Part shown: positions 29,801-39,049 of the stretch, piece after piece
Position numbering within the stretch: the first letter of the stretch is position 1
Layout: each line of letters begins with the position of its first letter
Source: Pseudomonadota bacterium
Lineage (GTDB): Bacteria; Bdellovibrionota_G; JALEGL01; DATDPG01
Length of the DNA stretch: 64,000 nt
NCBI GenBank assembly: GCA_043809315.1
Contig: JAZDDX010000010.1
Span: forward strand, 16,019-80,018
Direction of reading: 5' to 3'
Program-made: the position numbers and the translations under genes
Notes under the pieces: generated by a model
Seen by the model: the letters and a program-made list of their open reading frames with translations, nothing else
Databases searched by the model: none
What the model was told of the DNA's origin: nothing

Positions 29801-30189
29801 GCTTCGGTGCGTTCTGGAGTGCGCTGGTCTTCTGGGCCGCTTTCGCCGCGCTGGTCGCGGCCGGGCAGAAATATCTCCGGGCGACCGCCGGAACCGCCAC
29901 GCTCATCTTTGTCACGTGGGTCGCGCTCCTCATCCGCGGGAACACCGTAACCGACGCATTTCCGCACCTGGTGAATTTCCTGATCCTGATGTTTCTCGTC
30001 CTTCGGAGAGTTCGATTTCATCTGCCGTTCTACGTCTGGTACGCATTCCTCTCCACGCTCATCCCCTTCCTCCCTTGGATCTTCGCCGAACACCGACATT
30101 TCCAATTTCAGGCTTTTCTGGCGGCCGGGGCGATTCTCTGGATCGTGGCGACACTCTTCCGAAGATCGGATATAATGATCCGGTCTTGA
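26872..30189 (+). CDS. Large CPBP (CAAX/Abi) intramembrane metalloprotease with a duplicated extracytoplasmic module
   Basis: EETVYR, WGFLH and AHYTYN motifs; many TM helices; internal repeat. Confidence 0.82.
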   Translation: MNPNGLNRSVPLAILLFAGLLGVGAYAKFHHEAFRSAALDLKITRSEALRNAKEFLTSNGFSIDGAESSAAFFSHDDSILYLEKNMGTSEANRWLRGGGLPVWGWEVRFFWPLEKEEYHVWWAPDGALLGFRHDLIREKAKPTLSQSQALSLATSFAKSRPEFSLTDYRLVERSSTEGAHRTDHFFTWKSKSNLLDARLYLRTTVSGNEVSAFRKEIAVPRSFARAEEEIGSRRELLSLIANRIDWVLSLTIFLFLLGAWKRRWLRWKPALFLVGAVATVELINLLNGLPLVWHDYSTQETVSAFWLNRIGVALLGLLASTAWWVFPYGSADAMGRTLPGSEYSLGEIPRRTFFRSRPFAIATLAGLGAAGIQLGFVALFYVLGKRFFGFYAPMDVPYSDLLTSTVPWIQPLLIGLSTALQEETVYRLFAIPLLFRFTRRRWIALLVPALLWGFLHSGYYVEPIFVRGLELTVVGIFFGLVFLRFGIWATIVAHYTYNAAISSSIFWSSGSPALVLSSLVVVGILAIPLLLSAWQRTRKRESFHPVPFKPIDWLPAGPAPWQGGSDRRKASQRENPLPILPPIAAMLAVTLTFVFLPPKSAPPPMTLDRSEAIAAARRNLEELGYHLDRHLTSAAIYQTYPGLAASYLRTRSDAAEAEAYLTRFQPNRSYWSVRFVSPGRPDECTAEVGSDGTIPSFSCEIGEEAPGSKMTAADARALAETYLRGRDFRSGTVQYIGASEHDRPNRKDFTHRWIDVRAIFGELRRYIEVDTGGGRVTSFDTYLQVPETFKRKESERTTWEVIRNILRALALLATAGLVLRALFDPKVTASLLSPLPLQAALVGGLLSLLDAGNAFPQFWSAYESTSPLPVYLALKVLSIFGGAATAAIAAYLATLLFLTLAPQVFPTAPTEEDMRIVSHRPPWRWRESRVSFLWALAIVSTQILIRHLSDLTVGNTNSDPVGINLAVFTNYLPIVSGFGAFWSALVFWAAFAALVAAGQKYLRATAGTATLIFVTWVALLIRGNTVTDAFPHLVNFLILMFLVLRRVRFHLPFYVWYAFLSTLIPFLPWIFAEHRHFQFQAFLAAGAILWIVATLFRRSDIMIRS

Positions 30190-31421
30190 ATCGACGCACT
30201 TCGATCTTTGCCCTCGCCGTTTCGTTGTCGTTCCTCCTTCCGAACCTGGCTCGGGCTCAGGCGATTGCTATCGCAAACGACAACGGCGTCATGGTTTTCG
30301 CCGAGGCGAAAAGTTCGGCCGATGTCCTCGTGACGCTCTCCAAGGGGAAAAAGATCAGCGTCACCGGCCAGCGCGGGGAGTTCTACCAGGTGAAAATCCA
30401 GCTCCCGGACGGTTTTGTCCTCGACGGCTTCACCCCGGTTCACATGCTCACGATCGTTTCCGGGTATGTGGCACCTCCGGTGCAGGCGGAGCCCCGTCCC
30501 TCCTCGGCCCCGGCCTGGGCCGCTCCGGAATCGAATTATCCCTCTCCTTCGAGGTCGGCTCCGCGACCGCCCCCCCCATCCCGATCCTCTGGATCGAGTT
30601 CCTCCGATTCGTACGACGATAGTTCCTCGTCCTCCTCCGACTTCGGGGAGCTGAAAGACCGCTTCCGTCTCCGGGCGGGCCCGGGGATCTTGATCTACAG
30701 TTACAAGTTTTTGACGGCCGGGGCGAAACCCGGACAGCTCTTCACCTATAACTTGAGCGGCCTGGCGGCCAACATTGAATTCACCGGTTGGGTCTTCGAG
30801 GGATCCGATCGGACGTTCCGCATCGGCTTGACCGGCGGGTACGAACACGCCTTCTTCCGGACCAAGACCAACGTCTCCTCCGCAAGCGCGTCGGGCAACT
30901 CCAAGACGGCCGCCAACTCGATCGACGACATGTCCGGAGGGCTAGTGCTCGAGTACCGGTTCGAGCCGCAGCCGAACTCCCTCACGGTGGGAGTCAAGGG
31001 GGGATACCGCTGGTTCAAGTTCACCGGAGACGACTTGACCGACGCGGCCGGGAAGCGCCTCAACATCTACGTCAGCCAGACCGTGTCGAGCATCCTGGGC
31101 GGTCCGTATGTTGTGATCCCGCTCGACAAAGGAAAGAGCTTTCTCGCGTCCTTGGGGATCGATCTCTTGCTCAAGAATACCGTCAAGGAGAGTCCGGCCG
31201 GAACCTCGGGAGCCACGCCGAAAGGGAAGTTCGGATATGTCCCGTCGCTCTTCTTGACCTACGGTTTCTCCGCCCGTCACTGGGCCGACCTCGGGTACCG
31301 GATGTACGTTCAGAACTTCAGCTACAGCGGGTTGGCCAGCCGCGCCTCGAACAACGTGACCGACGGAACGGCCAAAACGCTCCTCCACGAATTCCGGCTG
31401 TCGTACGAGTACCGCTTCTAG
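30186..31421 (+). CDS. SH3-like domain plus outer-membrane beta-barrel protein
   Basis: Signal peptide, SH3b-like region, Pro/Ser linker, alternating strands, terminal YEYRF; TATAAT 9 nt before the TTG start. Confidence 0.7.
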   Translation: MNRRTSIFALAVSLSFLLPNLARAQAIAIANDNGVMVFAEAKSSADVLVTLSKGKKISVTGQRGEFYQVKIQLPDGFVLDGFTPVHMLTIVSGYVAPPVQAEPRPSSAPAWAAPESNYPSPSRSAPRPPPPSRSSGSSSSDSYDDSSSSSSDFGELKDRFRLRAGPGILIYSYKFLTAGAKPGQLFTYNLSGLAANIEFTGWVFEGSDRTFRIGLTGGYEHAFFRTKTNVSSASASGNSKTAANSIDDMSGGLVLEYRFEPQPNSLTVGVKGGYRWFKFTGDDLTDAAGKRLNIYVSQTVSSILGGPYVVIPLDKGKSFLASLGIDLLLKNTVKESPAGTSGATPKGKFGYVPSLFLTYGFSARHWADLGYRMYVQNFSYSGLASRASNNVTDGTAKTLLHEFRLSYEYRF

Positions 31422-31432
31422 TCCGGGCCACG

Positions 31433-32971
31433 ATGAACTTCGGCCCGTTCAGCGCCAGGTCCCGAGAGGAGATGCTCACGACCTGCGCGGCCCAGCCTCT
31501 CGACCTCGTCGTCATCGGCGGGGGGATCACCGGCGCCGGAATTCTGCGCGATGCGACCTTGCGCGGGTTTCGCTGCGCTCTGTTCGAAAAGGATGACTTT
31601 GCTTCCGGAACCTCCAGCCGTTCATCCAAGCTGATCCACGGCGGGATCCGCTACCTCGAGACCGGCCAGATCCCGCTCGTTTTCGAGGGACTCCGGGAAC
31701 GTCGACTCCTTCTGAACCTCGCCCCCCAGTTTGTGAAGCCGCTGTCGTTCGTCTTTCCGGTCTATCGCGGGCAGGCAAGATCTCTCCCGACCGTAGCCGC
31801 CGGGGTGTACCTCTATCATTTTCTCTCCCTCTTCCGGGATATCGATCGCCCCCGCGTGATGCTTACCAAAAGGACACTCACGCTGGAACCGATGCTCCGA
31901 TCGGAGGGTCTTACCGGTTCGGTGGTTTATTACGATGGTGTCACCGACGATTCGGCGCTCACGTTGGCCACCGTCCGTTCTGCGTGGGAACACGGCGGCA
32001 TCGCCGTCAACCACGCGGAGGTGATCTCCCTTCTCGAGGAAAAGAACCGCGCCGCAGGGGTCCGGGTCCGGGACCGTCTTCGCGGCGGGGAGTATGAAAT
32101 CCGCGCCCGCTGGATCATCAATGCCACTGGCCCGTGGTCCGATCGATTCCGCCGGGGGGCCGCTCTCGACCGGCCGATCCTCCGTCCGACCAAAGGGGTT
32201 CATCTGGTTCTGGACCGCACACGCTTGCGGATTTCGAACGCGATCGTGATGCTCCACCCCATCGATGGTCGCGTCACGTTTGTGATCCCGTGGAGAGGCA
32301 TGCTCCTCGTCGGCACAACCGATACTGATTATCCAGGAAACCCCGACCAGCCGGAAGTCCTGCCTGCCGACGTCCGGTACCTTCTGGAAGCCGTCAACCA
32401 CTATTTCCCGTTGGCCCGTCTCCAGCCGGCTCATGTCGTCAGCACGTTCGCCGGCGTCCGCCCTCTCCTTGCGGGACGGAAACCCCCGGAAAAGGTCAAA
32501 CCGTCCGCCCTTTCCCGCGATCACCGGATCTTCGAGGAACGTCCCGGGTTCTGGAGCGTCGCCGGCGGCAAACTCACATCGTTCCGAAGGATGGCCGAAG
32601 AGACGCTCGACCGCGTGATGCGCGCCGATCCGGAGTGGCGATCTCGCTTCCGGGAGCATCCGACCCGGTACATGCCGTACAGCCGGGACGTCAAGCCTCC
32701 CGGAAAGGACGGGGAGATCATCGCCGGCACCGGGATCCGCTGGTCCGACATCGTCCGTGCCATCGACGACGGGATGGCCGCCACCGTGGAAGATGTCCTG
32801 GAACGGCGGACGCCGCTTTCCCTGCTGGATCGACGTCACGGAGCCGATCTGGTACATCGGGTCGCGCAGCTGCTCACGGAGCGCCTGGGACCTCTTCCCG
32901 GTTCTCCAAGTCAGCTCGGGAATTATCATGAAACGATCCGCCGCGCCGAAGAAGGCCTCGAACGCTCCTGA
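31433..32971 (+). CDS. glpD: FAD-dependent glycerol-3-phosphate dehydrogenase/oxidase
   Basis: GGGITGAG, GTSSRSSKLIHGGIRYL, KGVHLV, GTTD, GVRPL, GGKLT. Confidence 0.9.
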   Translation: MNFGPFSARSREEMLTTCAAQPLDLVVIGGGITGAGILRDATLRGFRCALFEKDDFASGTSSRSSKLIHGGIRYLETGQIPLVFEGLRERRLLLNLAPQFVKPLSFVFPVYRGQARSLPTVAAGVYLYHFLSLFRDIDRPRVMLTKRTLTLEPMLRSEGLTGSVVYYDGVTDDSALTLATVRSAWEHGGIAVNHAEVISLLEEKNRAAGVRVRDRLRGGEYEIRARWIINATGPWSDRFRRGAALDRPILRPTKGVHLVLDRTRLRISNAIVMLHPIDGRVTFVIPWRGMLLVGTTDTDYPGNPDQPEVLPADVRYLLEAVNHYFPLARLQPAHVVSTFAGVRPLLAGRKPPEKVKPSALSRDHRIFEERPGFWSVAGGKLTSFRRMAEETLDRVMRADPEWRSRFREHPTRYMPYSRDVKPPGKDGEIIAGTGIRWSDIVRAIDDGMAATVEDVLERRTPLSLLDRRHGADLVHRVAQLLTERLGPLPGSPSQLGNYHETIRRAEEGLERS

Positions 32972-33884
32972 ACGGACGTTCGACATCGTCGGGATCGGCC
33001 GCAATTCATGGGACCGTCTCGTCGTGGTCGCGAATTACCCCCCCGCCGACGCCAAAGTCGAAGCGTCGACCCTCGACATCCAGCCCGGTGGACAGGTTGC
33101 GACCGCCCTCGTCGCGGCGTCCCGTCTCGGCGCAAGAACGCGATATCTGGGAAAATTCGGAGACGACGCCGGAGGGCGGGCGGTTCGTGCCTCCCTTTCC
33201 CGCGAGGGGATCGATCTTTCCGGATGCCGGGTGTTGACCGGCGTCTCGAACCAATCGGCGTTCATCGTCGTCGACCGCAAACATCACACGAGAAACGTCT
33301 TTTCCCACGGCGATCCGCGCCTGCGCATCGAATCGGATGATTTTCCGCACGAAGCGGTGACTTCCGGCCGGATTCTTTATCTCGGGGGGAGGAACCCCCG
33401 CGAGATGATCGGATACGCCCGAACCGGGCGGAAAGCGGGGTGCGTCGTCACGGTCGACGCCGACTCGGCCGCCGACGGGGCCGCGGAGCTGTTGGCACAC
33501 GCTCACGTCGTCATCTGCAGCGAGCCTTTCGTCGCCGAACAGACCGGGGAACGGTCGATTCGAAAAGGGCTCCGCGAAATTTCGAAACTGGGTCCGGAGT
33601 TCGTCAGCGTGACGCGCGGATCGCGGGGGGCGATCGCACTCTATCGCGACCGGTTCTTCGAACAGCCCGCTTTTTCAGTCGATGTGGTCGACACGACCGG
33701 GGCCGGGGACGTTTTTCACGGCGCCCTTCTCGTCGGGATCCTCGAACGGCGTCCGATCCCCGATCTCCTCCGCCTCGCCAATGCGGCCGCAGCACTCAAG
33801 TGCCGTTGCCTCGGCGGGCAGAAGGGGATCGCGAAGCGCACGGATGTCAACCGCTTCCTCGCATCCCATCCAGCGAATCCCTGA
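32928..33884 (+). CDS. PfkB/ribokinase family kinase
   Basis: PGGQVATA...RLG, DTTGAGDVFHG. Confidence 0.9.
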   Translation: MKRSAAPKKASNAPERTFDIVGIGRNSWDRLVVVANYPPADAKVEASTLDIQPGGQVATALVAASRLGARTRYLGKFGDDAGGRAVRASLSREGIDLSGCRVLTGVSNQSAFIVVDRKHHTRNVFSHGDPRLRIESDDFPHEAVTSGRILYLGGRNPREMIGYARTGRKAGCVVTVDADSAADGAAELLAHAHVVICSEPFVAEQTGERSIRKGLREISKLGPEFVSVTRGSRGAIALYRDRFFEQPAFSVDVVDTTGAGDVFHGALLVGILERRPIPDLLRLANAAAALKCRCLGGQKGIAKRTDVNRFLASHPANP

Positions 33885-33932
33885 TTCGCCTACTTGACGT
33901 CGCAAACAGATATGCTTTTGTAATCGCCACTT

Positions 33933-34949
33933 ATGGCAATCCATGTTGGTTTGATGGGGTTCGGCCGGATCGGGCGGAACATCTTCCGCATCCTGTACGG
34001 CCAGGATGACATTCAGGTCGTGGCGATCTCCGACATCGTCGATCCGCCGGCCTTGGAGTACTTACTGCAGTTCGACACGGTTCACGGTCGGTTTCCCGAG
34101 CCGGTCACGGCAAAGGGGGACACGCTGTACGTCAAAGGACGGCAGGTAAAACTCGTCCAAGGCAAAGAGCCCAAAGACGTCCCGTGGAAGGATCTCGGGG
34201 TCGACATCGTCATCGAGGCCTCCGCGCGCGGCAGAACCCGGGCTTCTTTGGAAGATCACCTCAAACAAGGTGCGAAGCGGGTCGTCTTGACCGTTCCGGC
34301 GCACGATCCGGTCGATGCCGTGATCGTCCGCGGCGTGAACGACGAAGTGTTGAACGCCAAACACCGGATCATCTCGGCGGCATCGATCACGACGAACTGC
34401 GCCGGCTTGATGCTCAAAATCCTCAACAATGCCTTCGGCGTCGAGCGGGCCTTCATGACGACGATCCACGCCTACACCAACGCCCAGCGCCTGGCCGACG
34501 TCCCCCACACCGACCTCCGGCAGTGCCGGGCGGCAGCGGAAAACATCATCCCGACCGAGACGCACGTCACCGAAGCGATCGGGGAGATCATCCCGGAACT
34601 GAAGGGCAAGTTCGCCGGGATGGCGATGAACGTGCCCGTACCGGACGGATCGAACGTCGACCTCGTGACCGAGACGAAGCAGCCGGTCACCGTGGAATCG
34701 GTGAACGAGATTTTCCGGAGCGCGGCTGGTTCGATTTACAAGGGGATCGTTTCGTACATGGACGACCCGATCGTATCGAGCGACGTGATCGGCGACTCCC
34801 ACTCCGTGGTCTTTGACTCGCTCGCGACCATGACCCTGGGGGACCGAATGGTCAAAACGCTCGGCTGGTACGACAACGGTTGGGGATACGCCCACCGGGT
34901 CGTGGAACTGGTCCAACGTATGTCGAAGTTCGAAGGAGGTGCGCGATGA
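33933..34949 (+). CDS. GAPDH-family protein lacking the catalytic cysteine
   Basis: GFGRIGR and WYDNGWGY present; active site reads SAASITTNC instead of SNASCTTNC. Confidence 0.88.
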   Translation: MAIHVGLMGFGRIGRNIFRILYGQDDIQVVAISDIVDPPALEYLLQFDTVHGRFPEPVTAKGDTLYVKGRQVKLVQGKEPKDVPWKDLGVDIVIEASARGRTRASLEDHLKQGAKRVVLTVPAHDPVDAVIVRGVNDEVLNAKHRIISAASITTNCAGLMLKILNNAFGVERAFMTTIHAYTNAQRLADVPHTDLRQCRAAAENIIPTETHVTEAIGEIIPELKGKFAGMAMNVPVPDGSNVDLVTETKQPVTVESVNEIFRSAAGSIYKGIVSYMDDPIVSSDVIGDSHSVVFDSLATMTLGDRMVKTLGWYDNGWGYAHRVVELVQRMSKFEGGAR

Positions 34950-35947
34950 CCATTCGGATCGGAATCAACGGCTTCGGCCGGATCGGGCGGGCGGTCTACC
35001 GCCTGGTTGCCGACCGGAAAGACATTCAGGTCGTGGCGGTCAACGACATCACCGCACCCGAAACGCTCGTCTATCTACTCAAGTTCGACACGATCTTCGG
35101 AATCTTTCCCCACTCGACCGCCTTGGTGGACGGCATCCTGACCACCGCGAACCAGAAGACGAAGATGTTCCGAGAGAACGATCCGACGAAGCTTCCGTGG
35201 AAAGACCTCGGCGTCGACATCGCGATCGAATCGACGGGGAAGTTCACGAAACGGGCCGATGTCGAGAAACACCTTGCGGCGGGAGCGAAAAAGGTGATTT
35301 TGACCGTCCCCCCGAAAGATCCTTTGGACGCGATGGTCGTCATCGGCGTGAACGACGGGATCCTGAACAAGGATCATCGATTGGTTTCGAACGCCTCCTG
35401 CACGACCAACTGCCTGGCGCCGATGGTGAAGGTGTTGAACGACAACTTTGGAATCGAGCGCGGCTTCATGACGACCGTCCACTCGTACACCAACGACCAG
35501 CGCCTGAGCGATCAGTATCACAAGGACCTCCGCCGAGCGCGGGCGGCGAACGAGAATATCATCCCGACAACGACCGGAGCAGCCCGGGCGGTCGGGAAGA
35601 TCCTGCCGGAGCTGGCCGGGAAACTGGACGGGACCGCGATGCGGATCCCTCTCCCGGACGGATCGATCGTCGATCTCGTGTCGGTCTTGAAAAAGAAGAC
35701 GACCGCCGAGGAGATCAATCGAACGATGAAAACCGCCAGCGAGACATACCTGAAGGGGATCCTCCAATACTCGGAAGACCCGATCGTTTCAAGCGACATC
35801 ATCGGGAACACGCACTCGTCGATCTTCGATGCCCCGTTCACGAAGGTGATCGGCGGGAACTACGTCAAGACCGTGGCGTGGTACGACAACGAGTGGGGGT
35901 ATTCCTGCCGCGTGGTCGACCTGATCGCGAAGCTAGCTTCGCTGTAA
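34946..35947 (+). CDS. gap: Type I glyceraldehyde-3-phosphate dehydrogenase
   Basis: GINGFGRIGR, SNASCTTNCLAP, IIPTTTGAA, WYDNEWGY; GGAGGT RBS. Confidence 0.96.
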   Translation: MTIRIGINGFGRIGRAVYRLVADRKDIQVVAVNDITAPETLVYLLKFDTIFGIFPHSTALVDGILTTANQKTKMFRENDPTKLPWKDLGVDIAIESTGKFTKRADVEKHLAAGAKKVILTVPPKDPLDAMVVIGVNDGILNKDHRLVSNASCTTNCLAPMVKVLNDNFGIERGFMTTVHSYTNDQRLSDQYHKDLRRARAANENIIPTTTGAARAVGKILPELAGKLDGTAMRIPLPDGSIVDLVSVLKKKTTAEEINRTMKTASETYLKGILQYSEDPIVSSDIIGNTHSSIFDAPFTKVIGGNYVKTVAWYDNEWGYSCRVVDLIAKLASL

Positions 35948-36796
35948 GAGCGATCGAAGTTTTTTCAAATTCTCCCGGTCCTCGTGGAGATCGTCCGACT
36001 TCGGCGTCTCGATCACCATCGGGTGATCCTTGAACCTCGAATCATTCAAAAGAAACCGGAACGGCTCGAGGCCGAGCTCCCCTTTGCCGATATGCTCGTG
36101 GCGATCCACGCGGCAGTCGAGCCCTTTCTTTGAATCATTGACGTGAAATGCCCACAGATGCTTCAACCCCGCGACGCGATCGAACTCCTTCATCGTCGCT
36201 TCATACGTCTCCTTTGTCCGAAGATCGTACCCGGCGGCAAACGCATGGCAGGTATCGAAACAGAAACCCACCCTCTTCTTCTCCTCCACCGCGTCGCGAA
36301 TCATCGAAAGTTCCTCGAACTTCCGTCCGACCGTCGTCCCTTGACCGGCGCAGTTCTCCAACAAGAGAAGAACCTTCTGATCCTTCCTTTCGCCGGTCAA
36401 CCGGTTGAGCGCGTCCGAGAGCCGCTTCGCCCCTTTTTCGATCCCCTCCCCCATGTGCGCCCCCGGGTGAAAGATCAGGAAATCGAGCCCAAGGGCCTCT
36501 GCCCGATCCATCTCTTCCCCGAACGCCCGGACCGACTTCTCCCATAACGCAGGGTCGGGAGAGGCCATGTTGATCAGGTACGAGTCGTGCGCGAAGACGA
36601 ACTTGAGCCCCGCCTCCTCTTTCGCTGTCCGAAACCGGTCAGGCTCCTCCGCCGTCATTCTTTTCGCCGCCCACTGGTTCGAACTCTTCGTGAAGATCTG
36701 GAGCGCCTCGATTTCAACCGTCTTTCCCCGCTCCACCGCCTTGTCGAAACCACCCGCGATCGACATATGCGCACCTAAATAGGGTCCTCGTTTCAT
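35933..36796 (-). CDS. nfo: Endonuclease IV
   Basis: GAHMSIAGG, HDSYLIN, FHPG, LEN.AGQG, DTCHAFAAG, DRHEHIG. Confidence 0.95.
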   Translation of the reverse strand: MKRGPYLGAHMSIAGGFDKAVERGKTVEIEALQIFTKSSNQWAAKRMTAEEPDRFRTAKEEAGLKFVFAHDSYLINMASPDPALWEKSVRAFGEEMDRAEALGLDFLIFHPGAHMGEGIEKGAKRLSDALNRLTGERKDQKVLLLLENCAGQGTTVGRKFEELSMIRDAVEEKKRVGFCFDTCHAFAAGYDLRTKETYEATMKEFDRVAGLKHLWAFHVNDSKKGLDCRVDRHEHIGKGELGLEPFRFLLNDSRFKDHPMVIETPKSDDLHEDRENLKKLRSLLQRS

Positions 36797-36893
36797 CCGG
36801 GGGAACTTCGCATATTTTGCATACCTTGTTGAAAAAATTGCGGTTTTTGTACCTTTTTAGACAAACCGAACTTAATGATTTCAACTTCTTACC

Positions 36894-36910
36894 GTGGCAC
36901 CCCTTTTGCT
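36894..36910 (+). promoter_or_regulatory. sigma54 promoter, near consensus
   Basis: GTGGCACCCCTTTTGCT; upstream AT-rich region with IHF-like TTTCAActtcTTA. Confidence 0.75.
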
Positions 36911-36937
36911 CTATATCCGTCCCTGGAGGTTACAAGA

Positions 36938-37558
36938 ATGTCGCGAACCCCTGTCTTAAGCCTTCTTTTCTCAACTCTTCTCCTTGTCGGGTGCGGCAAC
37001 GGAATGGGCGCCTTCTCGTTCATCGGTCTGGACCAGAAATTGGAGCTTACCGGTGGAACGAACGGAAGTGCCCCCGACTTAACCGCGGGTGAACCGACGA
37101 TCCTCGGCGATGCCGAAAGTGGCGGGGAGTTCACCGGCACGATGCCGGATCCCCCAGAGTCTCATCCGGTCGTTCCTTCGGGGGATGAAGGCACGGGTGG
37201 CAACCCCGATCCGACCAAGGATGATGACGGCGATGGGATCAATAATGACGAAGACGAACTACCCGGGGTCTGCACGGAGATGGTGGTCGTCAGCACCGGC
37301 ACCTCCTCGGCTGTGATTTCCCTGAATGGCGAGGAGATCTTCGTCCAGAGCGACTTCAAGAATAAGGACGTGACGCTCACGAAGGCGATCAACCTCAAAG
37401 ACGGGTCGAACGCTCTTTCGATCCGAATCGCCGGATCGCCGGGGGATCAGCTCCTGGTTCAAATTTATAACTGCTCGACCGATCCTTCGACGAAGTTGTT
37501 CGAAACGGTCGTGACCCGGACCAAGGGCTCGCCGAATACAGGGGGCGGAAGCTTCTAA
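36938..37558 (+). CDS. Hypothetical lipoprotein with acidic Ca-binding-like loop
   Basis: GGAGG RBS, LVGC lipobox, DDDGDGINNDED. Confidence 0.72.
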   Translation: MSRTPVLSLLFSTLLLVGCGNGMGAFSFIGLDQKLELTGGTNGSAPDLTAGEPTILGDAESGGEFTGTMPDPPESHPVVPSGDEGTGGNPDPTKDDDGDGINNDEDELPGVCTEMVVVSTGTSSAVISLNGEEIFVQSDFKNKDVTLTKAINLKDGSNALSIRIAGSPGDQLLVQIYNCSTDPSTKLFETVVTRTKGSPNTGGGSF

Positions 37559-38007
37559 GGCGAAGTTTCCGCGCGAGGCACCTGGGCGTCGAGCTCCGTA
37601 AGTTCGACGCCCAGTTTTTTTGCGACCTCGAAAATCCGCTCGTCCCGGTAGAATTCACCGTAAAAGATCTTCTTGATCCCCGCGTTCACGATCATCTTGA
37701 AGCAGGACCAGCAGGGGCTCGCGGTGGCGTAGATCGTCCCTCCGTGGATGTTCACGCCGTTCCTGGCCGCCTGGATGATCGCGTTCGCCTCGGCGTGGAT
37801 CGTGGCGACACAGTGGCCGTTCTCCATCATGTGCCCCATCTCCGAGCAGTGAGGCATTCCACGGACCGAGCCGTTGTATCCGGTCGAAAGGATCATCTTG
37901 TCCCGAACGATGACCGCTCCGACGTACCGCCGGTCGCAGGTGGAGCGCGTCGCCACCTGCTCCGCGATCTTCATGAAGTAGGCGTCCCAGCCGATCCGTT
38001 CGGGCAT
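37555..38007 (-). CDS. dCMP deaminase (ComEB family)
   Basis: RSTCDRRYVGA, TGYNG, HAEANA, PCWSC. Confidence 0.92.
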   Translation of the reverse strand: MPERIGWDAYFMKIAEQVATRSTCDRRYVGAVIVRDKMILSTGYNGSVRGMPHCSEMGHMMENGHCVATIHAEANAIIQAARNGVNIHGGTIYATASPCWSCFKMIVNAGIKKIFYGEFYRDERIFEVAKKLGVELTELDAQVPRAETSP

Positions 38008-38017
38008 CCGCGTGTCC

Positions 38018-39049
38018 TTACATCCGGAAGATGATCTTGCCGCTCTTCCCCGACTCCATCAGCGCCATCGCCTCGGCGAACTTCTCCATCGGGATGTAAT
38101 GCGTGATCACCTTCGTCAGATCGATCTTCTTGGAATCGACCAGCTCCCGCCCCTGCGCCCAGGTCTTGTAGATCTCCCGGCCGTAGATCCCGTAGACCTT
38201 GGTCCCTTTGAGGACGAGATAGTTCGAGAAATCGAACTTGATCGGCGCGCTGGGAAGGCCCAGGAGCACCGCCGTCCCGCCGTTCCGGAGGAGCTTGAAG
38301 CCGTCCTCCATCGCCGCCGGGGATCCCGACATTTCGAGCAGAACGTCAAAGCCGAGACCGTGCATGGCGTCCTTCAACTGATCGAAGTGCGCCGGGTCTT
38401 TTGCGTTGTACACGGCGGTCGGCCCCATCTGCCGGGCCAGCTGTAACCGATAGTCACTGATGTCGGTCCCGTAGATCGCGGAGGCTCCCATCGCCTTGGC
38501 GACTCCGATCGCCATCACCCCGATCGGGCCGCACCCGGAGACAAGGACTGTTTTCCCGTTCACCCCTTCCCCCGCATTCACCGTGTGTACGGCATTTCCG
38601 TACGGTTCGAGGACCGAGCCGACTTCCCACGGAAGCTCGTCGCTGTTCACCCAGGCGTTCCGCGCGGGGAGGCAGATGTATTCGGTGAACGCCCCGGGAC
38701 GATCGATCCCGACCACCTTCACGTTCTGGCAGACGTGCTCCTGCCCGTGGGTGCACTGGTAACAGGTTTCGCACGCGATGTGCGTCTCCACCGAGACATG
38801 CGCGCCGACTTTCAGGTTCTTGACGTTCTTCCCGACCTCGACCACTTCGCCGGAGCACTCGTGTCCGAAAACAAGAGGGGTCTTGATCCGGGAGGCGGCC
38901 CATTCGTCCCAGTGGTAGATGTGGACGTCGGTCCCGCAGATCGACGTGGCTTTCACCTTGATGAGCGCATCTTCAGGTCCCGGCTTCGGAACCTCGACGT
39001 TTCCCAGCTCAGCACCCGCAGCAGATCGGACCTTCATCAATGCACGCAC
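38018..39049 (-). CDS. tdh: L-threonine 3-dehydrogenase
   Basis: SICGTDVHIY.WD.WA, GHE, ETHIAC..C..C, GIYGR; GTG start after AGGAG. Confidence 0.92.
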   Translation of the reverse strand: MRALMKVRSAAGAELGNVEVPKPGPEDALIKVKATSICGTDVHIYHWDEWAASRIKTPLVFGHECSGEVVEVGKNVKNLKVGAHVSVETHIACETCYQCTHGQEHVCQNVKVVGIDRPGAFTEYICLPARNAWVNSDELPWEVGSVLEPYGNAVHTVNAGEGVNGKTVLVSGCGPIGVMAIGVAKAMGASAIYGTDISDYRLQLARQMGPTAVYNAKDPAHFDQLKDAMHGLGFDVLLEMSGSPAAMEDGFKLLRNGGTAVLLGLPSAPIKFDFSNYLVLKGTKVYGIYGREIYKTWAQGRELVDSKKIDLTKVITHYIPMEKFAEAMALMESGKSGKIIFRM

